DNA from: Candidatus Eiseniibacteriota bacterium
GTDB taxonomy: Bacteria > Eisenbacteria > RBG-16-71-46
Direction: 5' to 3'
Assembly: GCA_041483195.1 (NCBI GenBank)
Contig: JBGPFC010000031.1
Span: 1 to 48,850 of the forward strand
DNA: 48,850 nucleotides
Part shown: positions 38,979-48,711 of the stretch, in pieces
How the letters are laid out: the number at the start of each line of letters is the position of its first letter
How positions within the stretch are numbered: position 1 is the first letter of the stretch
Notes under the pieces: model-generated
Told to the model about the DNA's origin: nothing
What the model saw: only the letters and a program-made list of their open reading frames with translations
Databases searched by the model: none
Position numbers and translations under genes: made by a program

Positions 38979-40958
38979 CTACGCGGCGCGCGCCCGCTCC
39001 CACACGCGGATGGGAAGGATGATGGCCTGCATGCCCAGAAACTGGAGCCGGCGCTGGATCGAGAACGCCGTCTCGTGGTGGAGCATGCGCGTGAACAGAT
39101 TCTCGCGCTGGAACACCAGCTGTCCCGTGAACACCACCGGGCGCCGGAATTCCCGCATCAGGTCCACGCACAGCGCCTCGAGCTCGTGCACCAGATCGGT
39201 CCCCAGCGCGTAGCGGTACTCGGCGTACACGCCCATGCGCTGGGCGAGTTGGGCGTATTGCTCGAGGTCGCCGCGCACCTTCCGCTCCAGCGCGCTCAGC
39301 TCGTCCACCCCCTTGAACTGCGCGGAATCCACGAAGCCCACCGAGACGAACACGAAGTTCTTGAAGTGGCGCGGGAAGAGGCGCAGCACCGAGAGCAACG
39401 TGTGCACGCCGAGGCCGCTGTAGCTCTCGACCAGCACGATCGCGGTGGATCCGTCGACCGCGAGCTGAGGCGGGGTCTTGGGCTCGGGTAGCGGCAGGTT
39501 GAGCAGCGCGTCGTCGAGCGATGCGAGATTGCGGCGCACGCGCTGATAGTGGTGCCGGATGGCGAAGCACACGCCGATCAGCGCCGAGGTGGCCAGCAGC
39601 GTGATCCAGCCTCCCTCCCGGAACTTGAGGGTCGCCGTGATCGCGAGGATGGTCGCGGTCACCAGCGCTCCCACCGTGTTCACGATCAGGCGCCGCCGCC
39701 AGTGCGCCTCGGTCCTGCGCACCGCGAGCCAGTGGCGGGCCATGCCCATCTGGCTGAGCGTGAAGGTCATGAACACGTTGATCGAGTACATGACCACCAG
39801 CAGCCCGACCGCGCCCCGGGTGTAGGCGAGCACCGCCCCCGCCGCGAGCCCCATGGTGACCACGCCGTTCTGCGTGACGAAGCGCTCGGAGAGGTTCTTG
39901 TAGCGCTTCGGCACCCATTCGTCGGCCGCCATCGCGGCCAGCGTGCGCGGGCCATCGAGGAAACCGGTCTGCGCCGCGACGAACAGCAGCGCGCCCTCCG
40001 AGATCAGCGTGAAGCCGACCACCGCCGGGCCGATCGCGAATCCTCCCAGGTTCCAGCCGTGGGTGAGCAGGTCCCAGAGCGAGGCGTTGAGCGTCTTGCC
40101 GCTCTCGAACTGCACGTTGTTGAGGAGGTAGCACAGCAGGATGCCGCCGGCCGTGAAGGCGAGCGAGCACGACATGTAGAGCATGGTGCGCTTGCCGTTT
40201 TCGACGCGCGGCTGACGCAGGATGCCGACGCCGTTGCTCACCGCTTCGATCCCGGTGAACGTGCCGCCTCCGAGCGAGAACGCGCGGAGGATGATCACCC
40301 CCACGCCGATCAGGCCCAGCTGGGAGACCGCCTGGTGGCTCTCCTCGACCGTGCTCGGGATCAGGTGCCCGAGGTCGCGGCTGTGGCGCAGCACCCCGAA
40401 GGCGATCAGCCCGATGTGGCTCACGATGAAGGCGAGGAAGATCGGCGTGAGCACGTAGACCGACTCCTTGACCCCGCGCAGGTTGAGCAGGATGAGCGCG
40501 CCCACCACCGCGTACTCGGAGGGCAGCTTGAGCCCCTGCAGGGGAACCGGGATGAACGAGAAGATCGCGTCGCAGCCGGCCGCCACCGAGATCGAGATCG
40601 TGAGGATGTAGTCGACGACCAGCGCGCCCCCCGAGATCACGCCCGGCGTCGGCCCGAGCAGCTTGCTCGCGACCAGGTAACCACCGCCGCCGGTGGGGAA
40701 CTGCTCGATGATCTGGCTGTAGGAGGCCGAGATCAGGAAGACGGTCGCGACGATCGCGCCCACCAGGTAGAGCGCGAGGTGACGGTGCGCGCCGAGCTGG
40801 CGAAAGATTTCTTCGGGGCCATAGCACGACGACGAGAGGCCGTCCGAGCCCAGGCCCACCCACGCGAAGAACGCGATCAACGCCAGGTGCTGGTGGATCC
40901 GCGGGTCGAAGAGGTTCTTGGGCCCGCCGAGGAGCAGGGCGCGCAGCCTCTCGATCAT
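38979..40958 (-). CDS. APC family permease, KimA-like probable K+ transporter
   Basis: DGLSSSCYGPEE; GGGGY; DYILT; NLRGVKES; TGIEAVSNGV; cytoplasmic C-terminal domain. Confidence 0.9.
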   Translation of the reverse strand: MIERLRALLLGGPKNLFDPRIHQHLALIAFFAWVGLGSDGLSSSCYGPEEIFRQLGAHRHLALYLVGAIVATVFLISASYSQIIEQFPTGGGGYLVASKLLGPTPGVISGGALVVDYILTISISVAAGCDAIFSFIPVPLQGLKLPSEYAVVGALILLNLRGVKESVYVLTPIFLAFIVSHIGLIAFGVLRHSRDLGHLIPSTVEESHQAVSQLGLIGVGVIILRAFSLGGGTFTGIEAVSNGVGILRQPRVENGKRTMLYMSCSLAFTAGGILLCYLLNNVQFESGKTLNASLWDLLTHGWNLGGFAIGPAVVGFTLISEGALLFVAAQTGFLDGPRTLAAMAADEWVPKRYKNLSERFVTQNGVVTMGLAAGAVLAYTRGAVGLLVVMYSINVFMTFTLSQMGMARHWLAVRRTEAHWRRRLIVNTVGALVTATILAITATLKFREGGWITLLATSALIGVCFAIRHHYQRVRRNLASLDDALLNLPLPEPKTPPQLAVDGSTAIVLVESYSGLGVHTLLSVLRLFPRHFKNFVFVSVGFVDSAQFKGVDELSALERKVRGDLEQYAQLAQRMGVYAEYRYALGTDLVHELEALCVDLMREFRRPVVFTGQLVFQRENLFTRMLHHETAFSIQRRLQFLGMQAIILPIRVWERARAA

Positions 40959-41046
40959 CGGCGTTGGCCCTCGCGCGGCATCTCACGCGCGGGGAATGGG
41001 CGGCGGCAGCTCGCGTGCATATTCGAGCGTTCATTGAACCCCGCGC

Positions 41047-41067
41047 GGGTGTAAAAATGGCGTAAGG
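41047..41067 (-). promoter_or_regulatory. KdpE-box-like direct repeat
   Basis: Minus strand CCTTACGCCATTTTTACACCC; half-sites 11 bp apart, upstream of the permease. Confidence 0.45.
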
Positions 41068-41159
41068 AATTACTCGCGGCGGATTCGGGGCGCATCGAGG
41101 CCGACGCGGCTGGGCTCTCGGCCGGCCGGCCGGCGCGGGCAGGCACCCGCAAAACGCCC

Positions 41160-41188
41160 TTGCGTAAACCCCCGGTTCCGCCGACACT
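41160..41188 (+). promoter_or_regulatory. Sigma70 promoter of csp copy 3
   Basis: TTGCGT-17 bp-GACACT. Confidence 0.7.
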
Positions 41189-41194
41189 AGGGGT

Positions 41195-41382
41195 GTTCGC
41201 TGGTTGCCGTGGATGTGCCGCAAAGCGCGTTCTGATGCCGCCAGGATGATCTGGCGGTTTTTTTGTTGGGCGCGCGGCTCATGGCAATCGGGGACACCGG
41301 TCAGAGTGACCGAATCGTCGCCGCCACGTTCAGGCGGAGTTGCCGCGACTCTCGGGTCGCGGGTTACGCAAGGAGCAGCACA
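41195..41382 (+). ncRNA. Conserved structured 5' leader of csp copy 3 (5' end approximate)
   Basis: Same four hairpins; GCCGCCAG/CTGGCGGT stem plus T-tract. Confidence 0.65.
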
Positions 41383-41583
41383 GTGGCTACTGGAACCGTG
41401 AAGTGGTTCAACGAGGCGAAGGGTTTCGGATTTATCACCCAGGAAGGTGGCGAGGACGTGTTCGTCCACTTCTCCGCGATTCAGGGTGAGGGGTTCAAGA
41501 CCCTGGCCGAAGGCGAGAAGCTGGAGTTCGATGTCACCAAGGGCCCGAAGGGCCTGCAGGCGGCAAACGTCCGCAAGGCCTAG
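41383..41583 (+). CDS. cspA: Cold-shock protein, copy 3
   Basis: RNP1 and RNP2 motifs; 60/66 aa identical to copy 1 by manual count. Confidence 0.97.
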   Translation: MATGTVKWFNEAKGFGFITQEGGEDVFVHFSAIQGEGFKTLAEGEKLEFDVTKGPKGLQAANVRKA

Positions 41584-41609
41584 GTCGCCTCGAGGAATCA
41601 CCACGCAGT

Positions 41610-41649
41610 GCGAAGGGCGGGGAGCGAAAGCGACCCGCCCTTCGCGTTT
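41610..41649 (+). terminator. Intrinsic terminator
   Basis: GCGAAGGGCGGG...CCCGCCCTTCGC 12-bp stem followed by a short GTTT. Confidence 0.7.
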
Positions 41650-41700
41650 GGCGCGGGGGCCCCGCAGCACTCTCCGCCGTCCGGCTCCCGTAGATCCCCC

Positions 41701-41732
41701 TTGACCCTGAACCTCGCTTCAGGGCCTATGCT
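41701..41732 (+). promoter_or_regulatory. MerR-type promoter/operator
   Basis: TTGACC-20 bp-TATGCT with dyad CCCTGAA-N6-TTCAGGG (41705-41724). Confidence 0.8.
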
Positions 41733-41753
41733 CCGAGACGAAGGGAGGATCTC

Positions 41754-42164
41754 ATGCGAATCGGATCGGTCGCGGCACAGTCGGGAGTAAGCGCACAGAC
41801 TCTACGGTTCTACGAAAAGCGCGGCATTCTCGCCCCGCCCGCTCGCCTCACGTCGGGCTACCGCGATTACCCGGATGACACGGTGCGCATCGTGCGCTTC
41901 ATCCGCCGGGCTCAGCGGCTCGGATTCAGCCTCGTCGAGCTGCGGAGCCTGGTGCGTAGCGGAGCTGGAATCGGAGGGAACTGGCGAAGGCTGCGCCCGG
42001 CCTTCGAGCGAAAGACCGCGCAGTTGGAGCGCGACGCCCAGCTCCTTCAAGCTTCGATCGCTGAACTTCGAAGTTGTCTCGAGAGCTGCGGCTGCTGCAA
42101 TCCGGGAAAACCCTGCCGCAGCCCTCGGAGCGCCGTGCCGCAAACTCGCGGTCGCAGCACCTAG
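41754..42164 (+). CDS. MerR-family metal-responsive regulator
   Basis: MRIG...TLRFYEKRG...GYRDY...AQRLGFSL; Cys-rich C-terminus. Confidence 0.92.
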   Translation: MRIGSVAAQSGVSAQTLRFYEKRGILAPPARLTSGYRDYPDDTVRIVRFIRRAQRLGFSLVELRSLVRSGAGIGGNWRRLRPAFERKTAQLERDAQLLQASIAELRSCLESCGCCNPGKPCRSPRSAVPQTRGRST

Positions 42165-42229
42165 CACACCCGGTTGCAGCCCGACCCATCGGCCACAGCC
42201 CCACCGTCTTCAGAAAGGGAGGCGAAGCA

Positions 42230-42673
42230 ATGAAATTGCCTGTCGTCATCGGAGCGGTCTTCGCGTTGATCGGCGCGCTCGCGCTCGCCCGGACCGCATT
42301 CGCCGGAACACGGGCCGTGGGGTCTCCCGCGACATCTGCGCGGTCGGCGCAGGAGACTCCTTTCGCCTGCAACGTTTCGGTCTTCACGCCTGCGATGAGG
42401 AAGCGTCACTTCGAAGAGCTGGGCCCCAGGCTGCGTTTGGCGAGGACCGCCGTGCGCGAATTGCCAGACGGATATGAGTTCGCGTTTGGCGCCGACTCGT
42501 CCACGTATCAAATGCTCTCGGAGTGGATCTTCCAGGAGCGCTCGTGTTGCCCATTCTTCGATCTCAGCCTCCGGCTGGACCGCGAGAGCGGCCCCCTCTG
42601 GCTGCGGCTGGGAGGACGGCCGGGAGTGAAGGAGTTCATCCGAGCGGAATTTCCTCCGGGGTGGTTCAAGTAG
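42230..42673 (+). CDS. Exported hypothetical protein with ACN...ERSCCPFF motif (putative metal binding)
   Basis: GGAGG RBS; signal peptide; vicinal Cys pair; directly after merR-family gene. Confidence 0.7.
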   Translation: MKLPVVIGAVFALIGALALARTAFAGTRAVGSPATSARSAQETPFACNVSVFTPAMRKRHFEELGPRLRLARTAVRELPDGYEFAFGADSSTYQMLSEWIFQERSCCPFFDLSLRLDRESGPLWLRLGGRPGVKEFIRAEFPPGWFK

Positions 42674-42785
42674 TCGGGCGCGCCGGCCGCGGGGCGGGAC
42701 TCGAGCTCGCCATGCCGGCTGGTATCACCCTGCTCGCGGCGTTACACTCCCGCTCGTTCGCTCCTCGCAGTTACCCGAGGCACGC

Positions 42786-43511
42786 ATGCGATTCGCCGCG
42801 CTCACCGCGTTGCTGCTCCTGGTGGCCACCCGCGCCCCCGCGGGGGAAGCCCGCATCAGCTGGGACGCATGCGGCGCCGATGGCCCGCGCGACAAGACCT
42901 TCGCGTGCGATACCGAGACCGGCGACGACCTGCTGCACGTGTCGTTCACCGCGCCCGACGCCAGCCCGATCCAGAGCATCGCGGTGCAGCTCGACTTCAT
43001 CGTGTACAGCCCGGTCTGCGACTATCCGAGCTGGTGGTCGCTGTTGTACCCCGGCGCCTGCCGCGGCAGCGCCGTTTCGCTGTCCGCGGATTTCAGCGGC
43101 GATCCGGGGTGCGCCGACTGGAGCGGCGGCACCGCGGCGGCGTCATTCACGTCGGTCGGGGGCGACTGCGCGCACACCGGATACACGTACACGCGCTATC
43201 GCTTCGCGAGCGCCAGCGCGACGCCCCTCGCGCTCGAGGCCGGCCGCACCTACGGCGCGCTTCGACTCGATCTCTCGCACCGCGGCACGGTGGGACCCGG
43301 CTCCTGCGCGGGATGCTCCGCGGGGTTCGTGATCCGATTGCTCTCCCTCACGCTGAACGGACCCGCCGGTCCCCGCGCGCTGGTGACGCCGGGACCCGGA
43401 CCCGAGGACCCGCTCCTCTACGTGTACTGGCAGGGCGGCACGTCCGGCCTCGGCCCGCCCACAGCGGCGCGGCGCAGCACCTGGGGCGCGATCAAGAGCC
43501 TCTACCGATGA
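42786..43511 (+). CDS. Secreted Cys-rich protein with C-terminal STWGAIKSLYR tail
   Basis: Signal peptide; SWDAC; CAGC; terminal TWGxIKxLYR. Confidence 0.8.
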   Translation: MRFAALTALLLLVATRAPAGEARISWDACGADGPRDKTFACDTETGDDLLHVSFTAPDASPIQSIAVQLDFIVYSPVCDYPSWWSLLYPGACRGSAVSLSADFSGDPGCADWSGGTAAASFTSVGGDCAHTGYTYTRYRFASASATPLALEAGRTYGALRLDLSHRGTVGPGSCAGCSAGFVIRLLSLTLNGPAGPRALVTPGPGPEDPLLYVYWQGGTSGLGPPTAARRSTWGAIKSLYR

Positions 43512-43754
43512 TCGCGATGCCGCGCGTGCGCTACCCGCTGGTGGTGTGACCGTACTACCTGGGCGTCAAGCTCGGTTAGAAGATCGCGGACGAACCCACC
43601 ATCGTCCGCCTACCGCCTCGCGCTTGCATCGCGGCCCCTGAGCACGCACGATGGGCCGCTCGCCCAGGCCCGCTCGGGGTTTCGAGGTGCCGGGGCGCGA
43701 TCCCGCCTCGAAGGTTCACACCCGACTCATTGGCCCGCACCGAAAGTCGGCCGC

Positions 43755-46157
43755 ATGAAGCCGCTGTTCCCGACCCGCTACGGGCACTTCGCTCCGGATG
43801 GACGCGAGTACGTCATCACGCGACCGGATACGCCGAGGCCGTGGGTGAACGTGATCTGCCCCGGGCGCTACGGGACCGTGATCTCGCAGGGCGGATCCGG
43901 CTATTCGTGGCTCGACCACGCGACGCTCAATCGGGTGACGCGCTGGGAACAGGACCTGATCCGCGATCCGTGGGGGAAGTACCTCTACGCGCGCGATCGT
44001 GACTCGGGGCACGCATGGTCGCTCGCGTGGCAGCCGATGCAGGCCCGCTCCGCCCGCTACGAGTGTCGCCACGGCATCGGGTACACCACGATCCGCTGCA
44101 CCTGCGGCGGCATCGAGACGAATTACACGGTGTTCGTCCCGCCCGATGCTCCGCTCGAGATCTGGCGGATCGAGATCGTCAATCGGGGCGCACGCACGCG
44201 GCGCATCGATCTCTTCTCCTTCCTCGAATGGAACCTGGGCCCCGCGCCGGACACGCATCGCGAGTTCCACCGGCTGTTCATCGAGACCGAATACGTCCCC
44301 GCCGCGCGGGCGCTGCTCGCCACCAAACGGCTCAACACCATCGCCGAGCACGGCGTCGGCCGGCCCTGGAACGTGGAGTGGCCGCACGTGGCCTTCCATG
44401 CGGTGAGTGTGAAGCCGCGCGGGTTCGAGAGCGACAAGGAACGGTTCCTCGGCCGCTACGGCTCGCCGGCGAGGCCGGCGGCGGTCGCGGCCGGCCGCCT
44501 CTCGCGTACGACCGGCAAGTGGCAGGACGCGATCGGATCGCTGCACGTGCCGCTGACGCTCGCACCCGGCGCGCGGCGCGCGGTCGCGTTCACGCTCGGA
44601 GTGGCGGAGACTCGCGGCGAGGCGCTGCGACTCGCCCGCCGCTACCATGCGCTCCCGGCCGTCGAGCGGGCGTGGAAGCGGACCCGCGCCCACTGGGACC
44701 GCCTGCTCGCGCCGCTCGAAGTCGAGACGCCGGACCGCGCGTTCGACACGCTCACCAACGTGTGGCTCAAGTATCAGGCGATCTCGAGCCGGCTGTGGGG
44801 ACGCACCGGCTACTCCCAGCCGGGGGGCGCGTACGGTTTTCGCGATCAACTTCAGGACAGTTTGATATGGCTTCCGCTCGCGCCCGACCTCACCCGGAAA
44901 CAGATCCTGCTCCACGCCGCGCACCAGTTCAGGGACGGAACCGCGTGGCACTGGTGGCATCCGCTCACCGAGGAGGGCATGCGCAAGCCGCTCAACGACG
45001 ATCTGCTGTGGCTGCCCTTCGTGACGTGCCAGTACCTGCGCGAGACCGGAGACTTCTCGATCCTGGAGGCGCGCGCGCCCTATCTCGACGACAACGGGCA
45101 TCGCTCGCGCGAGACCGGGACGCTGTACGAACATTGCCGGCGCGCGATCGATTCGTTCTGGACCCGGCTCTCGCCGCGCGGCGTGCCCCGCATGGGGGCC
45201 GGCGACTGGAACGACGGGCTCTCCGCGATCGGGCTCGAACTCAAGTCGGAGAGCGTCTGGCTCGCCCACTTCCTGATCGGGTTGCTCGATGAATGGGTGG
45301 AGCTCGAGCGCCGCCGTGCGAAACCGCATCTCGCGGCGATCCGGCGCTACGCGAACGAAGCGCGGAAGATGCGTCGCGCGGTCAACCGCCACTTCTGGGA
45401 CGGCGACTGGTACGCCCGCGCCACCAAGGACTCCGGCGAGAAGATCGGCTCGCGCCGCAATCGCGAGGGTCGCATCTTCCTGAACGCGCAGACCTGGGCG
45501 ATTCTCTCGCGGGTGGTCACGCCCCGGCGACTACCCCGCCTGCTGCGCTCGATGGATCGCCTGCTCTACCGCAAGTACGGCCCGCTCCTGCTCGCGCCCG
45601 CCTATCGGACGCCGGACCCCAAGATCGGCTACCTCACGCGTTACGCTCCGGGCGCGCGGGAGAACGGAGGTCTCTACGCGCACGCCGCGGTCTGGGCGGT
45701 GCAGGCCGAATGCGCGCTCGGCCGCCCGCAACAGGCGTGGAAGTTGTACCGCAGCTTCTGCCCCGTCTATCGCGGGCTCGATCCCGATCGGTACGCGGTC
45801 GAACCCTACGTGATGGCCGGCAACGTGGATGGCCCCGACTCTCCGCATTTCGGGCGGGGAGGATGGACGTGGTACACGGGCTCCGCCGCCTGGATGTTCC
45901 GCGTGGGAACGGAGTGGATCCTGGGCGTGAGACCGGACTGGGACGGATTGCTGATCCGGCCATGCCTGCCGCGCCACTGGCCCCGGGTCCGCATGCGCCG
46001 CTCGTTTCGTGGCGCGACCTACGAGATCGAAATCGAGCGCGGCCGGAGAGACGAGATCCGGGTGGACGGCAAGCTCCAGCGCTCCGACCTGATCCCGGCC
46101 TTCGGAGACGGCCGCGTCCATCGCGTGGTGGTGCAAACGCGCTCGCGCGAGGCGTGA
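43755..46157 (+). CDS. GH94 glycoside phosphorylase (cellobiose/chitobiose phosphorylase-like)
   Basis: TPRPWVN; GFRDQLQD; DDLLWL; DWNDG; ENGG; EPYV; WYTGSAAW. Confidence 0.93.
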   Translation: MKPLFPTRYGHFAPDGREYVITRPDTPRPWVNVICPGRYGTVISQGGSGYSWLDHATLNRVTRWEQDLIRDPWGKYLYARDRDSGHAWSLAWQPMQARSARYECRHGIGYTTIRCTCGGIETNYTVFVPPDAPLEIWRIEIVNRGARTRRIDLFSFLEWNLGPAPDTHREFHRLFIETEYVPAARALLATKRLNTIAEHGVGRPWNVEWPHVAFHAVSVKPRGFESDKERFLGRYGSPARPAAVAAGRLSRTTGKWQDAIGSLHVPLTLAPGARRAVAFTLGVAETRGEALRLARRYHALPAVERAWKRTRAHWDRLLAPLEVETPDRAFDTLTNVWLKYQAISSRLWGRTGYSQPGGAYGFRDQLQDSLIWLPLAPDLTRKQILLHAAHQFRDGTAWHWWHPLTEEGMRKPLNDDLLWLPFVTCQYLRETGDFSILEARAPYLDDNGHRSRETGTLYEHCRRAIDSFWTRLSPRGVPRMGAGDWNDGLSAIGLELKSESVWLAHFLIGLLDEWVELERRRAKPHLAAIRRYANEARKMRRAVNRHFWDGDWYARATKDSGEKIGSRRNREGRIFLNAQTWAILSRVVTPRRLPRLLRSMDRLLYRKYGPLLLAPAYRTPDPKIGYLTRYAPGARENGGLYAHAAVWAVQAECALGRPQQAWKLYRSFCPVYRGLDPDRYAVEPYVMAGNVDGPDSPHFGRGGWTWYTGSAAWMFRVGTEWILGVRPDWDGLLIRPCLPRHWPRVRMRRSFRGATYEIEIERGRRDEIRVDGKLQRSDLIPAFGDGRVHRVVVQTRSREA

Positions 46158-46179
46158 TCGCCGCGCGGGGCGCCCGCGA

Positions 46180-47172
46180 TCAGCGCTGGACCGAGCGCAT
46201 CGCGGCGGCCGGGTAGCGCTCGCCCGCGGCCACCCCCTGCGGCGCGATCTCGTCGAGTCTGCGCAGATCGCCAGAGTCGAGCGTCACCCTCAGCGCCGCG
46301 AGATTCTCCAGGAGATAGGTGCGGCGCTTGGTGCCGAAGATCGGCACGATGTCGTCGCCCCGCGCGAGCAGCCACGCGAGCGCGAGCTGCGAGGGCGTGC
46401 AGTCCTTCCTCGCGGCCAGCTGCTCGATCCGGCGCACCAGCTCCAGGTTCTTCGTGAAATTGTCGCCCTGGAAGCGCGGCGAATTTCGGCGAAAATCGTC
46501 GGGGGCGAGATCGTCGATGCGCGTGATGCGCGAGGTCAGGAAGCCGCGCCCGAGCGGAGCGTATGCGACGAACCCGATGCCCAGCGCGCGGCAGGTCGGA
46601 AGCACCTCAGCCTCGACGTCGCGCGTCCACAGCGAATACTCGCTCTGGAGCGCCGCGATCGGATGAACGGAAACCGCCCGCCGCAGCGTCTCCGCGCCCG
46701 CCTCCGACAGGCCCAGATGTCGCACCTTGCCGGCACGCACCAGCTCCGCCATCGCGCCGACCGTCTCTTCGATGGGCGTGTTCGGATCCACGCGGTGCTG
46801 GTAGTAGAGATCGATCGCATCGACGCCGAGCCGCTTGAGGCTCGCGTCGCACGCCGAGCGCACGTACTCGGGGCGACCGCTCACGCCGCGCGTGGCCGGG
46901 TCGGGACCGCGCACGATGCCGAACTTGGTGGCGAGCACCACCTCGTCGCGCCGTTCGCGGATCGCGCGCCCGACCAGCTCCTCGTTGAGGAACGGACCGT
47001 ACACGTCGGCGGTGTCGAGCAGGTTGACGCCGGCGTCGAGCGCCGCATGGATGGTGGCGATCGACTCGGCCTCGTCGCGCGGGCCGTAGAATTCCGACAT
47101 GCCCATGCAGCCCAGGCCGAGGGCCGACACCTCGACTCCGCTGCGCCCCAGGCTGCGACGGCTCGGCCTCAT
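46180..47172 (-). CDS. Aldo/keto reductase
   Basis: [38 protein letters not shown]. Confidence 0.95.
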   Translation of the reverse strand: MRPSRRSLGRSGVEVSALGLGCMGMSEFYGPRDEAESIATIHAALDAGVNLLDTADVYGPFLNEELVGRAIRERRDEVVLATKFGIVRGPDPATRGVSGRPEYVRSACDASLKRLGVDAIDLYYQHRVDPNTPIEETVGAMAELVRAGKVRHLGLSEAGAETLRRAVSVHPIAALQSEYSLWTRDVEAEVLPTCRALGIGFVAYAPLGRGFLTSRITRIDDLAPDDFRRNSPRFQGDNFTKNLELVRRIEQLAARKDCTPSQLALAWLLARGDDIVPIFGTKRRTYLLENLAALRVTLDSGDLRRLDEIAPQGVAAGERYPAAAMRSVQR

Positions 47173-47182
47173 GACGATCGCC

Positions 47183-48001
47183 TCAGCGGGAAACCGGCGC
47201 CGCGCCGCGCGCGCGCCGGCGCGCCGGGCGCTCCTCGGAAGCCGCGCCCGTCACGACATATGTCCCGCTGCGCTCGTCCTTGCGGAGCGTGACGACGCCC
47301 GACGCCTGCGCGTCCTCCAGCAGCTCGCTGAAGCTGCCATACCCGATCGCGGCCTCGCTGAACGCGGGACGCTTGCGCTTCATGGTGTCCTTCACCAGCG
47401 ACGCCTGAATCACGTCGAAGTTCTCGCGCTGCAGCGCGCGCACGGTGTCGGAGAGCAGCCGGAACGCCTCCTCCTTTTCGCGGGCGGGCTTGGCCCCAGG
47501 GGCCGGGCGTTCGTGGCCGCGCTCGAGGTCCTCGTAGTAGATGAACTCGTCGCAGGAGTTGGCGAGCAGCGGCGAGGTGGAGGCCTTCATGCCGAGGCCG
47601 ATCACGTGCTTGCCGTTCTCCTTGAGCTTGGACACGAGCGGCGAGAAATCGCTGTCACCCGAGACGATCACGAAGGTGTCGATGTGCTCCTTGCTCCAGC
47701 TCAGATCCATCGCGTCGACCACGAGGCGGATGTCCGCGGAGTTCTTGCCGGTGGTGACGCGTCGCGGGATCTCGATCAGCTCGATCCCGCTCTCGTGGAG
47801 CGCCTGGGTGTAATCGCGGAAGCGGTGCCAGTCGGCGTAGGCCACCTTGACGATGACCTTGCCCTTCTCGAGCAGCCGGTCGAGGAGGCGCCGCACGTCG
47901 AACGGGGCCTTCGCGTCGCGCAGACCGAGGGCGATGTTTTCGAAGTCGATGAAGACGGCGAGGCGTAGCTGCGGACCGGCACTGCCGTGCGGAGCGGACA
48001 T
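47183..48001 (-). CDS. NYN (LabA-like) domain protein with OST-HTH/LOTUS C-terminus
   Basis: [46 protein letters not shown]. Confidence 0.92.
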   Translation of the reverse strand: MSAPHGSAGPQLRLAVFIDFENIALGLRDAKAPFDVRRLLDRLLEKGKVIVKVAYADWHRFRDYTQALHESGIELIEIPRRVTTGKNSADIRLVVDAMDLSWSKEHIDTFVIVSGDSDFSPLVSKLKENGKHVIGLGMKASTSPLLANSCDEFIYYEDLERGHERPAPGAKPAREKEEAFRLLSDTVRALQRENFDVIQASLVKDTMKRKRPAFSEAAIGYGSFSELLEDAQASGVVTLRKDERSGTYVVTGAASEERPARRRARGAAPVSR

Positions 48002-48095
48002 GGAACCTCCGCGCGCGACTATGACGAGGCGACGGGGGTCTGTCCAGCGCGCGCGGCGCGACGCAGCTTCGGCGAATGAGTGGCGGCGGGGTGGG

Positions 48096-48614
48096 TCAGG
48101 CCGCTTCGCGGCGGCCGAAGCGTTCGCAGATGTCGCCGGCCAGGATCATGATGCTCGCGAGCAATCCATCGACGTCGAGGTGAAGTCTCACCTCTTCGCC
48201 TTCGATGGTCTCGTCCGGCACGAACCGGAACGTGCCCTCACGCCACAGCATGCTCCCGATGACGATGTGCCGCTGCACCGCGAGCACGGCCTCCCGGATC
48301 TGCTCCTCCGTGAGCGCGCCGCTGTCGACCAGCATGCGCCCGATCCGCTCGCCGGGACGGTCCTGCTGCATGGCCAGCACGAACTCGATCGCCTCGGGTC
48401 GCACTTCGCCGCGGCCCACCAGCACGTCGCCCACGCGCAACGAAGCGCCGGTGCTGCGCGCGAACAGCGTCTTTCCGGTCTCCACGAACAGGTCGATCCG
48501 CTCGTCGCTGCGCTTCAGCTCGAGACGGCCGGTGACGCGGGACGACTGGATCAGGCGCAGCAGCTGCGGGACGGTGAAGTGAGTGAGCGCGCCTGCGAGG
48601 AATGGAGGTTCCAT
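48096..48614 (-). CDS. DUF4388 (PatA_N-like) domain protein
   Basis: LAGALTHFTVPQLLRLI...TGRL...RIGRMLV...WREGTFRF. Confidence 0.85.
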   Translation of the reverse strand: MEPPFLAGALTHFTVPQLLRLIQSSRVTGRLELKRSDERIDLFVETGKTLFARSTGASLRVGDVLVGRGEVRPEAIEFVLAMQQDRPGERIGRMLVDSGALTEEQIREAVLAVQRHIVIGSMLWREGTFRFVPDETIEGEEVRLHLDVDGLLASIMILAGDICERFGRREAA

Positions 48615-48711
48615 GTGAGGGCTCCAGGGAGAGGCTCGACGGTCTACTTCCCCATGTGTCGGCAGGTGTCGGCGCGAACCTGAGGAGTTTCCGGTGGGCG
48701 CTCGCCGCAGC

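Noticed and set aside
40959..41159. c-di-AMP (ydaO) riboswitch upstream of the KimA-like gene
   Set aside because: Only a short CCGAATCC match; the rest of the consensus was not recognisable by eye; needs an Infernal scan
48670..48711. dif/xrs target site beside the IS end
   Set aside because: The flank is GC-rich with no resemblance to XerC/XerD arms
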